A stretch of DNA of 64,000 nt, from NCBI GenBank assembly GCA_051294375.1, contig CM119267.1, positions 26,055,293-26,119,292 of the forward strand, given 5' to 3'. The position numbers and the translations under genes were made by a program. The DNA comes from Paraspadella gotoi (taxonomy: Eukaryota; Animalia; Chaetognatha). This document shows positions 51,564 through 64,000 of this stretch, piece by piece (within the stretch, counting starts at the first letter, position 1; the number at the start of each line of letters is the position of its first letter). The notes beneath the pieces are model-generated. The model was not told the origin of the DNA. It was given only the letters and a program-made list of their open reading frames with translations, and searched no databases.

Positions 51564-51948
51564 GATTGACCAAATTATGCCAATTGACAAAAATATGCCA
51601 GTTGAACAAATTCTTAAAGTTGACCAAATTATGCCAGTTGACCAAATTCTGCAAGTTGATCAAGTTCTGCAAGTTGACCAAATTATGCCTGTTGACCAAA
51701 TTATGCCAGTTGACCAAATTAGGCAGTTGATAAAATTATGCCGGTTGACCAAATTATCTTAATTGATCAAATTATGTCAGTTGACCAAATTATGTCAGTT
51801 GACCAAATTATGTCAGTTGACAATATGTCAGTTGACCAAATTATGTCAGTTGACCAAATTATGTCAGTAGACCAAATTAAGTCAGTAGACCAAATTATGT
51901 CAGTAGACCAAATTATGCAAGTTGATTAAATTATGCAAGTTGACCAAG
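51564..51948. repeat. 18-bp minisatellite array
   Basis: About 20 GTTGACCAAATTATG(T/C)CA units; source of the VDQIMS ORFs. Confidence 0.85.
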
Positions 51949-52799
51949 TTAGCTTATTACCACTTAATTATCGTAGGCAGATCCGACATTGTTTGCTCAA
52001 ACTTGTTTTCATTTAAAGAATGGATTTGAATTCCTGATAAACAAGTTTAAGCAAACAATGTCGGATCTGCCAACGATCATTATCGGTAATTAATTAATTA
52101 ATATTTAAATGATTAGTTAATTAATCAATTAATTAATTTCATCCAAATGTTTGTTTTTATGCGTTTTCGTCACTAACCACGACAAAATCAATGACGATGA
52201 GAATAATGCCGATAACGATTGACTTAATTGATTGACTGATTATTTAATTATTAATTAATTGACTCAGTAGAGCTCCCAGAAATATCATACATTTGTGAAA
52301 GTTCCTGATACCTGCAAAGTTTTTGTGTCAAATTTAGTGGAGAAAACGAATATCGCAATAAAAAATTTCCCTGGATGCTCATTATGGATTTTCCACACCA
52401 GTTTTTGGGTCAAACCACTTCCGGTTTTAAAAATTCAGGATTTTTAGAAATAAGCTGTTATTCAGCCAGTATACTTAAATTAATCAAACTAAAGTTAGTA
52501 ATAACCTTAATATTACATTTCTTGTTTTGGTTTATAAATAAGGTTATAAAAAAGTTATTACAAAAGGCTTTAAGTTAAAAATTCATAATTTTTAAAGCCA
52601 AATTGGCTCTGACCAAACCACTCCACTAATTTTAATAAAATTTTACAATTTGGTTAAACAAATAGAACTGTCTAAGGGATTTTAAATCTTTAATCTTTAA
52701 ACCAAAATTTTGGCCTTTAAAAAATTTACAGAAAGATGCAAAAAGAAAGTAGCGAATTAGATGGAAGGCGACTTGGCCTTTGCAGCTAGCAAGCCTCTT

Positions 52800-53075
52800 A
52801 CTCAACCCTAACCCTAAACCGAGCCCTAAGCAAAACCTTATTCTTAATCAGTTTCCCTGGCTTGGGATATCTAACCTAAGCCTAACATGGGCTTCTTGTC
52901 TCACCCCAAGTCTGAATCTTAACCCGAGCAGCCTCTCCCCTAACCTTAACATAAGCTAGTGTACTTCCTGCTCAACCTTAACTTCAAACCGGTTCCTGAT
53001 CCAAACCCTAACCAGTTTCCCTGACTAGTGACATCTGCAGAGAGCCACTTCCTTAGCCCTAACACTAACCTAGGC
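52800..53075. repeat. degenerate CCCTAA-like hexamer repeat
   Basis: caaccctaaccctaaacc, ccctaag, cctaaccttaac, accctaacc. Confidence 0.45.
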
Positions 53076-53154
53076 CTCCTGTTTTATATCATATCAAAAC
53101 CCTCACCCTGTATCACTCCAAAGCCTTTCCACCAACCCTTGGTTCAATTAAGAG

Positions 53155-53391
53155 ATAGAAGAGAGAGTGATAATTGTTATGTGTTAGTGACAGAAACGTT
53201 CAATATAAGCAGTCCCTGAGCTTCGGATCAGGCTGTAACACCATGTTACAGGCGGGTTAAGCGCCCCGTCCCTCTTAACTGCCAGGCAAACAACCGGGCT
53301 AGAACCCGGGACCTTTGGGTTGGGAGGCGAATGACTTGCCTCCGGCACCAATGGCCGCTGATGAACGGTTGGTGGATTTTAGTCCACCATA
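53155..53391 (-). mobile_element. family B element
   Basis: Match to the family; probable AGAG TSD, left end degenerate. Confidence 0.75.
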
Positions 53392-56300
53392 AGAGTCTTA
53401 AATTTTAAATCTTTTTTTAAAATATATGACTTGTTTAAATTATTTCAACATAAAATATTTTTATTTATATAAGTATCATGAAAGAGCCTGAGAAAAAAAG
53501 ATTTAAGATAGCCAATAACAATTGAGTAGCCTAATTAAGACAATGAAAAATAACGGGCGAAACGGTCTCGTGCTGATTTTATCCTTTAAAATTGTTTCTG
53601 AGCCAAATTAATTGATCATTACTTTTGGTAATATGTGCGATATACACTACTGGACATTACTGTATCTGACCATAACCCTGACCATCAACAAAAAAGCTAA
53701 CTAGATCAAAAATAGTAAAAAAGATGAAGCAATATAGCTCGAAACGCTTACAAAATTTTAGACCATTGCTTTTATAAATGCAAAAAAAATATTAATATTA
53801 TTAAAACAAAACTTTAACGATAACTTAATAGTTAACCGAGACCAAGATGAATATTTTTACCCATCATTTCCTCAATTTATATGAATCATTTGTTTGTAAA
53901 TAGTTAATTAATCTAAAAACAATATGACAAATTCATTTTCAATTTTCTTTATGAATGGGAAGTTTTCTCTGCTTACTCCCCTTGTGTCTAATTATTTAAT
54001 ATTTTTAAAGATATTTTCAAAAACCTTATATAATTACTATAATTTTTCACTTTTTTTCAATTCTTTCAAACAAAAACAACATCATAAAAACATTTTAAAT
54101 TAATAAAAAAAAAATTGATTGAATGATTTTGGAAAAAAATATTTTGAAACTTGAGATAATGGATTATGAGTGGGAAAAAATTTTTGCAATTCTAAAAAAT
54201 CAGCCTCTAGCCTTTCGATTTTTCTAGAGGCTGATTTTTTTATTTTTTTGATATTTTGATTTTCTATGCAAAACCATTATTCTCAATGAGCATAGGTCGG
54301 ACAAAATTTTTTTTCCAAACAATTTGAAAAAATTTCAACTTTTCTAATTAGGCTTTTTTGGGGGAAATAAATAAATAAATTATTATACAATGGGTACATC
54401 TGAAAGTGATATGTCTCTAAATGACAAAAAAATTTTCTTAAGTTTTATTTTGAAATTAAGTATTGTACCAATAGAAATAAGTGAGATACTCCCGCTTTGC
54501 CGAATTTTTTATTTAACAAAGATTTGTACTGCGTAATTTAAAAAAAGTTATTTTTTTAAATAACTTTTGAAAGAAAAGAGGTAGCAGGTAGATGTGGTAT
54601 CAAATTAAAGCCCTAATCATGGGACACCTTTCTAAAAGAGTTTTATTAAATTAAATCCATAAATCTTTACACAGCTTTTGTTTAAATCAGAGTTAAAAGT
54701 ATAACAGTTTTTTGCTTTTAAAATTTCAATGAAGGCATATGAAATTTTTTCTTTTTCTTTTGTAATTTGAAAAAGGAAAGACTGAATTACATTTTGTTTA
54801 TTATTAAATTTTCTTTATTCCATAAAATTGCTTATATTTTTCAGTTAAAGTAAAAAACAAGCAAAATATTATGTTGTAGCTTGATAAAATGTATTTTTAA
54901 ATATTAAAAATGATAAATACAAAAATGTTTTCAGCTTGATATAAACAGTCTGGACATCTACCTTCTTGTCTGTGAAAAAAAATCGTCATTTTTCATTATC
55001 TTTAGCTGCAAACTAAAAGCTTGACAAACTGCTTGTTTATCATAATAAAGTTGTAAAAAATTATATAGCTGGTAACATATTTGACAAAGCAAAACATCAT
55101 TGTGTTAAATTGTATTGATAATTTTTTTTTAAATTATAGCAAGGAATTGAATATTATTATTTATCATCCATTTTAATTAAGAAAAAATATTTCTCGTAAT
55201 AGCCCATTGGAAAGGGTTCATTGACTGACTTAATGATGAAATTTTTAGATTTCTTTACTGCCCCCATTTCACAAGATATAAAAGGTCATGGTTATCATGT
55301 CAAAAAGTCCAGATTATCTGTACCCTTTCTGCAACCTGCATTTCAAATTTTCTTTTTTTCCCTTTCAAATGTATTAAATAAAAAAAATTATTTGAGAGAA
55401 CAATCGGCGTGGAGGATGCCATTGGTAAGCCTTAGTTACCCACTTCCCGATCGAATTTTTAAATAAGGTTTTTTTTCCATCTATTTGAGACATAACACTA
55501 ACTATTAGTACTATTATTTTTTTTTATTTTTTTTTTATTACAATTCTATGAATAAATATGAATAAGTAACTTTTTAAAAAAATTTATCATCTTTCACCCT
55601 ATATTCAGTCATATCTAAAAAACAAAAAAAGATTTTGCATTGATATTTTGGATATCAACATATGAAACTATAACGTTTCAAAAAATAAAAAGAAATATAA
55701 TAATATTGAACAGTGAATTTTTTTTATGCACGGAACAGTAACGTTACGCCATTTTTCATTGTGTCTTAACTTAAAGCTGGCCAGTTAAAATTTATACTAC
55801 AGTATTCGTAAGTACGTCATTCTCTTTAGATTTGAAAGGGCTTTCAGAAAGATATGATTTAAAATAATATTAAAAACTTTGGATTGACGACAAATTTTGA
55901 TACTAAAAAAATCTAATTCGAGAAAAAATATAAAAAAATAAAAAATAAAATATTAAAAAAAATAAAATAAAGAATAATAAATATAATGTAAAGTCCAGAC
56001 GACCGTAACTCAGATGCTCTTTTAATAAAGGAGAATCGACATTCCTTTTTTTCGTCATTCCAATTTTCTCTGAACGACTCTTCTTAATGTCTCTCATTGC
56101 TTCTTTGTCTCTTGTGCGGATCGATTCCTTCAGACTTGTTGGCTGACTGTATATACGTGGAGGCTCAGCGTCTCTACTAATTGTTACAATCATAATAAAC
56201 GTTTGTGGATGCCTAATGGACACTTAGTGGTTTCTTCATGGATTTGTTTATTTATTTACTATTGCTTTGATTAATTAGTTAGTATTTCATTATTGTCTGT

Positions 56301-58981
56301 ATGAATATCTATATGCTTTGATTATTTTATTAGGTACCATTAAATATCAAGACTCCAAGTGGATAAGAAACTTATAAACTTTACGGCGCCAGCGGTCCCG
56401 TTTTCAGTCCAGTTTCTCTCCCGACGTCTTCTCCCTCTCCGCTAGGTCAAGGAGGGGGTTCTTTCAATAAAACAGTAAAATAACTTATTTTCAAGTTTAA
56501 TTTTTAGCAAGTGCTAAGTCTGGAGAGACATTATTGAAGGTACTTTTGTTTTACTTTTAGCCCGCATAAGCAAGCAGTTTGATCGAATGCGACCTCTCTA
56601 AACACTGTCAGCATTCCCAGACAAAAAAGTGAAACTTAAATCAGACTGACGAAGTGAAGTAAAGACTAAAGTGAAGTAAAATGAAGTAAAGTAAAATAAA
56701 ATAATAAAGTAAATATATATTTAAAAAAATATTATTCAGATTGATATTTAGAATATTTAGGAAAAAAAATCCACGGAAATCTCGGATGTAAATTTTGGAA
56801 TAAATGGCGATAATAATAGTTTTTAAAGAAAAAAAATTAATCAGAGAGAGAGAGAGAGAGAAAAGAAGCCAAATCGTTTTCTGCAGCAGAGGCACCCAAA
56901 AAAAAAGAAAGAATTCAAAAGGCAGCAGCAGAAGCAGCAGGAAAAAGAGAGAAAAAGAATAAGCCCCTGCAGAGCCAGCTGCAGACTCGTTTCTTTCCCC
57001 TATGGCTATGATTATGAATCAGTGACTAGGGAAAGAGAGAGGAGAGAGACATGTAATTAAAAGAGAAAAGAGAGAAAAAGAAATATGAGAATAAAAGAGA
57101 GAAAATTTGTTTGTTTTGATAAAACGTAAACAAAACATATTTAATAAACTGTCCAGACTCAATTTTAAGCACATCGATGATGAGAAGCTGTATATAAATT
57201 TTCAGCTTCATACACCCAAATTTAATCATAAAAAAGGCGATCTATAATACCGACGACACGACACGACGACGAAGCCACTTATGCGCAAAAGCGTTACAAT
57301 AAATAAAAAAAAAAATAAAAAACAATTGTAAGCCCCAGTCTATAACTATATAAGAAAAAAGCGTGACGCTGATGCAGACGACAACGTCACAAAGAAGCTG
57401 AGCCGATCCTAAATCGTCATCACCATTAAATTCTTTGAAATGAATGATGTTTGATATCTTATATTTTGTTAACTTTAAATGCCCTAATCGCTATAAGATC
57501 ACAAGGGAATAAGTCCATAGGTCATGTTTGAATATGAATAAATTGTAAAATACTAAGTCATTTTGACTATAATAATTAGCAGATAATCAGCTTGAATCAC
57601 CGTACCAGAAAAGTCAACGCTGTATTATTTACTTGTTTCATACTTGTGTCGTGATCACTCAAAATTTTATTTTGAGATAAAGTAAATGCTTCGCAAACTT
57701 GAAGTTGCTATTAATTACTCTTATACTCACTTACTCAGGGTTGGCATTAAAAAAACCCACCCAAAAAAACCCAGCAAAAAAACAGGGTTTTTTAAATTAA
57801 TTAATTTTTTAATATGAAACTTTAAATTGTTAAAGCAAAAATTTAAATCATATAAGATATATCATTTTTACAAGCTTAATATATATTAATGATTAAAAAT
57901 AACCCTAACCTATGTTTTACATTGTTTACTATCAGTATCACTTTCGTTGATGGCTTCTGTATCCATTTTCCTTATAATTAAGTAATCCTGAATCGTGAAT
58001 CGACAATCATTGTTAAGATCGACACACTTTAAAAATGATTGCTATTCTCTCGTTAATTATTTAACACAAGGTGAAGGGTTCTTTTTAAAGCTATTTATCA
58101 GAAAAAAAATTTAAAACTTCAATATAATTATATATTTGTATATTTGTCACATCGTTAAAGAATTCTCTTGAAAAGTTTAACCTATCAAGGAGTAAAGTAA
58201 CGAGAATGCAGGAAAATAATATATATGATTGAAAGCTTGCCAGGGACTTTGCTATGTCATTATCTTGTAAGAGTGATGGATGCCTTAAACCACCAAAGCC
58301 TGTTTAAAGTCAGGGGCAAGATAGCTTATTTATTAAATGAATGGATAATTTTCATATTGGTTGTACCAATTTCATAAAATTCAGCTCTTGTATTTTGATG
58401 CGAGTGCGGAGTACAATAAGTATTCCCGATCTAATATTTAAGGGAGTGGTCTTTTCATACAATTGAAAAATTCTTTGAATATTATACCACTTCATTGATA
58501 AGGAAGCCAGGTACTCTGGAGTGAATAAACGAGACTGTGAGAGAGTCTTGATTGAAAGTTGCAGGGACCTGCTATGTCATTATCTTGTAAGAGTGATGGA
58601 GGCCTTAAACCACCAAAGCTGTCCAAAGTCAGGGAAAGATAGCTTATTTATTAAATGAATGGATAATTTTATATTGGTTGTACCATTTCATATTTACGTC
58701 AGGAAAAACTTAGCTTTATTAAACACCTTAATATTTTATTAAATTAACTCAAATATTTTTATCCAAACATCAAAATTTATTTTTAGCCCAAAAGACAAGT
58801 TAGTTCGGCAAAAACATGTACTAAAGATGTACTTCAATTTTTGATGTATAAGTAATTCATAAAAATGTTCATGATGCAAATGTTCATGATATCAAATTAT
58901 TTTGAGTATTTATTTACTATTCTCTAATAAAATTAAGTTATACTCTTTTTTCATAACAGGTTTATTCAGAAAATATAATAT

Positions 58982-59211
58982 TATGGTGGACTAATATCCA
59001 CCAACCGTTCATCAGCGGCCATTGGTGCCGGAGGCAAGTCATTCGCCTCCCAACCCAAAGGTCCGGGTTCTAGCCCGGTGGCCGCCAAGCAGTTAAAGGG
59101 ACGGGGCGCTTAACTCGCCTGTAACACGGTGTTACAAGCCTGATCCAAAGCTTCAGGACTGCTTATATTGAACGTTCTGTCACTAACACAACAATAATTA
59201 CTGTCTCTTCA
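58982..59211 (+). mobile_element. family B element
   Basis: TATGG...TTCA termini, TSD ATAT. Confidence 0.8.
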
Positions 59212-59438
59212 ATATTTGTATTATTTACATTTCTGTTTACCATAAAAATTGTAATTAATTAATACTATTATTAAATATAATCAGTAATATTTTATATATT
59301 TTATCATTTAATCACTTAAAAAGTATAAATTTTTAAATATGACAGTCTGCTATCTATAATTTAAAAAACCCCAAAAAACCCACTTATACTACTACTTATA
59401 TAAATAGCTGTATTTAAATAAGACCCGGTTCTTCTCAC

Positions 59439-59809
59439 CTTTCTCCAAGGCGAGTTTGAGCTCTCCGGGTGGTGATGCAACCAGGCTGTGAGGAGAGACG
59501 CGAAGAGGTCCCCGTCCCCGTGAAATGAGCCTCCAGTTTGGGAATCGAAGACGCTGAGTACTCGAGGGGATCGTCGAAGAGGGCGAGAGGCGACTTGCCA
59601 GTCCTACTAAGGAAATCAGGAGGACGAAGTCGATAAAGTCAATATGGTGATCACACACATAATTTAAGAGTCTTTAAATTGAATAAACTCACACAAAGAT
59701 CTCTCGTCGCCACCCAAGTTAGTCGAGGAAATGACGACGGTTCCAACTCCTTTGGAATGAAAAAAATCGACGGCTCTCCACGTCGATTTCATGTCTGTGA
59801 TTTTTACGC
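59439..59809 (-). CDS. PDXK: pyridoxal kinase internal exons (59809-59693 and 59606-59439; the second has apparent indels)
   Basis: GVKITDMKSTWRAVDFFHSKGVGTVVISST, then with frameshifts IPKLEAHFTGT(G)DLFASLLTAWLHH..GELKLALEK, containing the GTGD anion-hole motif of ribokinase-family PDXK. Confidence 0.8.
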
Positions 59810-60087
59810 CTGAATTTTAAGTATCGTGCGTGATAAACTTATCTGACACAATTCTTTAGCTTTTTTAAATAACAACGCTTTATTCAATTCAATATTAGGA
59901 AAATTAGAATTTAATTTAATTATTTTGTCCTCGAAATCGATATTCTATTACTATTACTGACCAGTCAATAATTCGGCCTCGAANNNNNNNNNNNNNNNNN
60001 NNNNNNNNTAGAGTCGGGATCTGCTGATAAGCAAATCCGACTAAAAATATCATTTAAAAATTTTAGCTAATTATATACTTATAAGTT

Positions 60088-60275
60088 GGGATAATTCTTT
60101 CTTTTCGTTGTTTTTAATTTTAGAGAAAGCAAAGTATTTTTGAAAATATTACAACGATTTTTATTAAAAGACGGACATTTGAATGCTGATGAAGGCTTGA
60201 AGCCAACAAGCCGAAACATGTCCGTCTTTTAATAAAAATCGTTGTAAAATTTTCAAAAATAATTTGCTTTCTCTA
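60088..60275 (+). mobile_element. Penelope-like hairpin mini-insertion with a canonical hammerhead core
   Basis: CTGATGA-A-GGCTTG(AAGCCAA)CAAGCC-GAAACATGTC inside ~58-bp inverted arms; 13-bp direct repeat ATACTTATAAGTT (60075-60087 / 60276-60288). Confidence 0.75.
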
Positions 60276-60503
60276 ATACTTATAAGTTATAATTATATTT
60301 ATATATAGCTTATTAGTAAAAAATCGTCATCACTATTATTTGGACTTTTTTACACCAAAATCACGATGAATGAAGTTTGATAACTTAGATTTTTTAAATT
60401 TTTATATTTCCTAATACTCCGTTTGCATTCACTAAAACATTTGAAACCGTGTAATTCGTGGAAAAAAATGTGAGGTCGACTTACTTTCTATTTCCCTCAT
60501 CAG

Positions 60504-60673
60504 TGCTGAGCACCATGTCGGCGGTGCTGCGCCGAACGCTTGAAATGGGGCGGAGGCTCGCTGGCGGCGAAACCCCCGGCGTCGCTCATTTAGAGCTCAA
60601 ACTCATTCAGAGTCGAAAAGACATCGAGGAACCTGGAATCTGCGTTCGAGTAGATCCCGTAGAGACGGATTAG
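60504..60673 (+). CDS. PDXK: pyridoxal kinase terminal exon
   Basis: Acceptor tttccctcatCAG. VLSTMSAVLRRTLE...HLELKLIQSRKDIEEP resembles the PDXK C-terminus (VSTLHHVLQRT...LELRMVQSKRDIEDP). Phase 1 matches the exon ending at 59439. Confidence 0.82.
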
Positions 60674-62800
60674 TCAAGGATTCCTAACGAATTCCGACGC
60701 CAACTACTGCGATTATTTAGTTATACTTAGACTTAAAGCATAGCTTTTGGTGTGTGATTTAAAATCGATCGAGCAAACCGAGATTCTTGGTATTTTCGCT
60801 ACATCATTCAGCTGATAACTTTTATGGTCTCTCATGTTTTGTTCAATTGTTTTCTAAATTCGAACATTTAAGTGAGTTCGGAAGTTGTTTTTCAATAACC
60901 AGTATAATTACCATATTTTCTTTGCGTAATATATAATAAATTTTAGATGATTAGTCATTCAAGATTTTAAACCAAGTTATATCAAATTTTATCATTATGA
61001 AATCGGTTTTTTTTTCTTAATCTCAATCTTAAGTCACTATGGCGTGGGGATTTGCATGCGTCCCATTTTCTTTTGTTGCTCAACTCTAGTATATTTTTAT
61101 AAATTTATTTTTGTTGGAATTATTTTTATGGAATAAACATAATGATTATTTTTTTATTTTTATTAATTTTTGTAAGCGTTTAGTTGAGACCGTAACGCCG
61201 TGATTTAGCAAGTCAAAGGAAAGTGAATGGAGAAGTTAACTCAGTAGTCTTATTGACGAAAGTGAAGCCTCCGTTGATTTTAAGAAAATGAGTCTATTCA
61301 ATGCTTTTCTGAATCGAGAGCCGCCCCTAGCACCGCCCCCGGGGAAGGAGATTCTGAAGGATGACATACTTGACTGAATCGCGGAAGTAAATGTAGGAGT
61401 TGGACTCGGGTTTATGAATTATATATTATTTGTTATTTTTCTTATTTATAAACTTTATACGACAAAGAAACGCGGTTGAGCCTTCTGATTTAAATGAAGT
61501 CTCAGTTTAGTCAAAAATCAAGCTATTGAAATAGAATATTTTTATCGTCGCAATCGCTTGCTCTCTCATTATCTCTCTTTTTCTATCTCAGTTCGGACTA
61601 TAACTTTTATACCATAAACATTTTTATTTCTTAAAAAATATATTGGAAAAAAAGATTTTGAGCATGTAGAATTTTAGATCTGGAAATAGAGAACAAATTT
61701 TGAATTTTCAAAAAAATCAGCTTTTAGCTATTTGATTTTATTACAATCTGATTTTTTTTTTATCTTTTATTTTAGAATAAAAATAAAATTCTCAATGAGC
61801 ATAGGTCAGTTCATTTTTTTCTGATTTTTAAAAAAAGACTTAATATTTTTTTAATTTTAGTTAATATTTATACTTTTATAAATAAAACAAAGCTTATATG
61901 AATGTATAAAGATAAAGGAGATGAATTGGAATGGTAAAAGTATAAAAAGTAAGAAGCTTGGAGAAAAAGTAAGTTAAGAATGAGCGATCAAAAAGGAAAA
62001 CAAGAAATAGATTGATAGAAAGTAAAATAAATAGGGATATTGAGTAAGAAAAAGAAAGTCATTGTTGTTATTATGTTATACTTATTATTGTTATTATTAT
62101 TATTATATATTTTTACTTTTTAAAATAAATAATTAAAATTATTTTTTATTTTTTATTTAAATTAATTTTTACCAGAATGATTTTGTCCAAACTTAGGATT
62201 AAGCTCAATCAACCTCTTTTCTGGCCACACACAAAATTTTAGATCAATCCATCAATTTACTCAAGTGTAATGATCGGTTAAAATTACTGATGGATGGACA
62301 AATGAATAAATGTATGGAAAGGGAAGGATTCAATTTTTTTAAATTATTTTTTATAAATTAGTATTCTAAGATGAACCAAGTAATTTACCAACAAAATATG
62401 AGGGGTGGACAGATGAACGGATAAAATGGTTTATAGAATTAAACTATTATAAGAAAAAAAATTTTTATATATTTTTTTTTTATTATCCTATATTTAGTCA
62501 TATCCTAACTACCAAATATTATTTTGTATTGATTTTTTTTTATATATGAAAAAATATGATGTTTCATATAACCTATTCAGAAATAACGATTTCAATCACC
62601 GATTTTTTTTAATGTATTTATATTTTTAAATTTTATTTATTTAATTTATCTCTCTTTCCTTCTTTTTATATTATATATTAATTAATTATTAATTTTTTTA
62701 TTATTTTTATTTTTATTATTGGAAAGTTTAACTGTTTAACTTAAGCTTGTTTATCAAGTTAATTGGGAGGGCCGCCGTCCCTTTTTTTTTTAATTCGAAG

Positions 62801-62884
62801 ATTAAAGAGACTCGAGTCGGCGAAGTCGACAACGAGGGGCGTGTTTGCTGCGTCTGCAGCGTCTTCGGAGTCCGTTGCTGCTGA
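62801..62884 (+). CDS. possible terminal exon ending in a Cys-rich tail
   Basis: T-rich acceptor ending at 62800, GC-rich island, IKETRVGEVDNEGRVCCVCSVFGVRCC-stop. Frame and strand uncertain. Confidence 0.25.
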   Translation: MKETRVGEVDNEGRVCCVCSVFGVRCC

Positions 62885-63244
62885 CGTCAACCAAAACAAA
62901 CAACGCGACCTTCCAACGCTTTTGGTTTGGATGACCCATGACAATTCTACCTCTTAATATTGTTTCCTTATTCAGTTAATGAGTATTTGTTTTTCCTCGT
63001 TCACCTTTCTCTTTGACAACTGCCAATGATTCGAAAATTTTCGTTACTAGTTCGAGTTCGAGTTCAAAGTTGTTGCTTTTTTTTCCTTACACAAAAAAAT
63101 AATTTGTTTGATTACAATTTTTAAAACTAAATTACATTCGCCGACCGGGATTTTGAGGTCGGTTATACCGGTTGGTTACGCCGTAACTTACGGACGTCGA
63201 ATAGTAAAGTTACCCCTAAATTATTATAATTTTTGGAATATTTT

Positions 63245-63686
63245 TTAGTTGGATCTGCTTTCAGCAGATCCCGACTCTATAATTCACTTTGTCGGTCCGC
63301 CCCCTCAATCTTGTCGGGCATTCACTTATATCATGTCAGAACATCGAATTATGATAAATTATGCAAAAAAAAACGATGTCTGTCCGTCCGTCCGTCCGTC
63401 CGTCCCACCTTAGCAAAAAACACCAATTACTCGTGATTGGATAGATGGATTGGAATGAAATTTTGTGTGTGGGTAGGGAAGTGTGTGATTGAGCTGGATA
63501 TGAAGTTTCGATGGAATCGTCCGAGTGGAAATGAGTTTAAATGGAAAAAACAAAAAAATATATTTCACTATTTAAACACCAATTACTCATGAGTGGATGG
63601 GGCGATTGACTTGAAATTTTGTATTTAGGTAGAAAGGTGTGTGAATAAACTGGAAATCAAGTTTCGATGGAATCGTTTGAGTGGAT
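63245..63686 (+). mobile_element. HINE-like element 5' part, interrupted by unrelated sequence
   Basis: Family 5' hairpin and GTCC repeats. Confidence 0.65.
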
Positions 63687-64000
63687 GTTAGATCCAAAGA
63701 CTCGCGAATCGTGATATATGAGTTCGAATTTACTCGTCACAAGGATTTATCGTTTGGATCATTTCGTCATTCGTGCTTTAGTTTATTCATTGGTTTTTGA
63801 GTTTATACTGATTTTTGTAATTCTTTTGTGTTTAAATAATTCTTTATTGTACTGTTTGAATATCTATATGCTTTGATTATTTTATTAAGGTACCCTTTTT
63901 AAACTCTTCATAAACTCAGAGAAATAAAGAGACTATTTGATCGTCGATCTGCTCAAGCCACCAAATCATGCCTTTGAAGAATCTCTGGACTACCGAAGCA

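Noticed and set aside
51562-51929. VDQIMS repeat ORFs as a repeat protein, or the array as CRISPR
   Set aside because: Head-to-tail 18-bp minisatellite without unique spacers, embedded in a transposon and recurring elsewhere; eukaryotic context, no cas genes.
55903-56420. 106-aa ORF or LTR element
   Set aside because: No recognisable motif; shares only a short repeat with ~63855-63895, and termini/TSD could not be defined.
59392-59658. 88-aa ORF as a standalone protein
   Set aside because: It is a frameshifted PDXK exon plus intron sequence.

Overview
AT-rich, repeat-dense eukaryotic (probably invertebrate animal) genomic scaffold with four N-gaps (2874-2973, 22645-22668, 50564-50663, 59984-60008). 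GC-rich exons sit in long, repeat-filled introns. Manual splicing recovers a complete RTN4IP1-like quinone oxidoreductase (8 exons, minus), the 5' part of a PI-PLC X-domain (PLCXD-like) gene, most of RCE1 (CAAX prenyl protease 2) and the 3' half of pyridoxal kinase (PDXK). In both RCE1 and PDXK, consecutive phase-compatible exons lie on opposite strands across gaps. An ~11.3 kb tandem duplication (25.3-47.8 kb) with a noisy first copy is probably an assembly artefact. Mobile DNA includes abundant Helentron-associated (HINE/DINE-1-like) elements, a degraded Ty3/Gypsy pol interrupted by a TTAA-flanked TIR element, and a CRE-like non-LTR fragment. The most notable items are two families of short solo-LTR-like elements with 4-bp TSDs that carry an internal tRNA-like module, and Penelope-type hammerhead ribozyme mini-insertions enclosed in long inverted repeats. 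All calls are from reading the sequence by eye; no searches were run.
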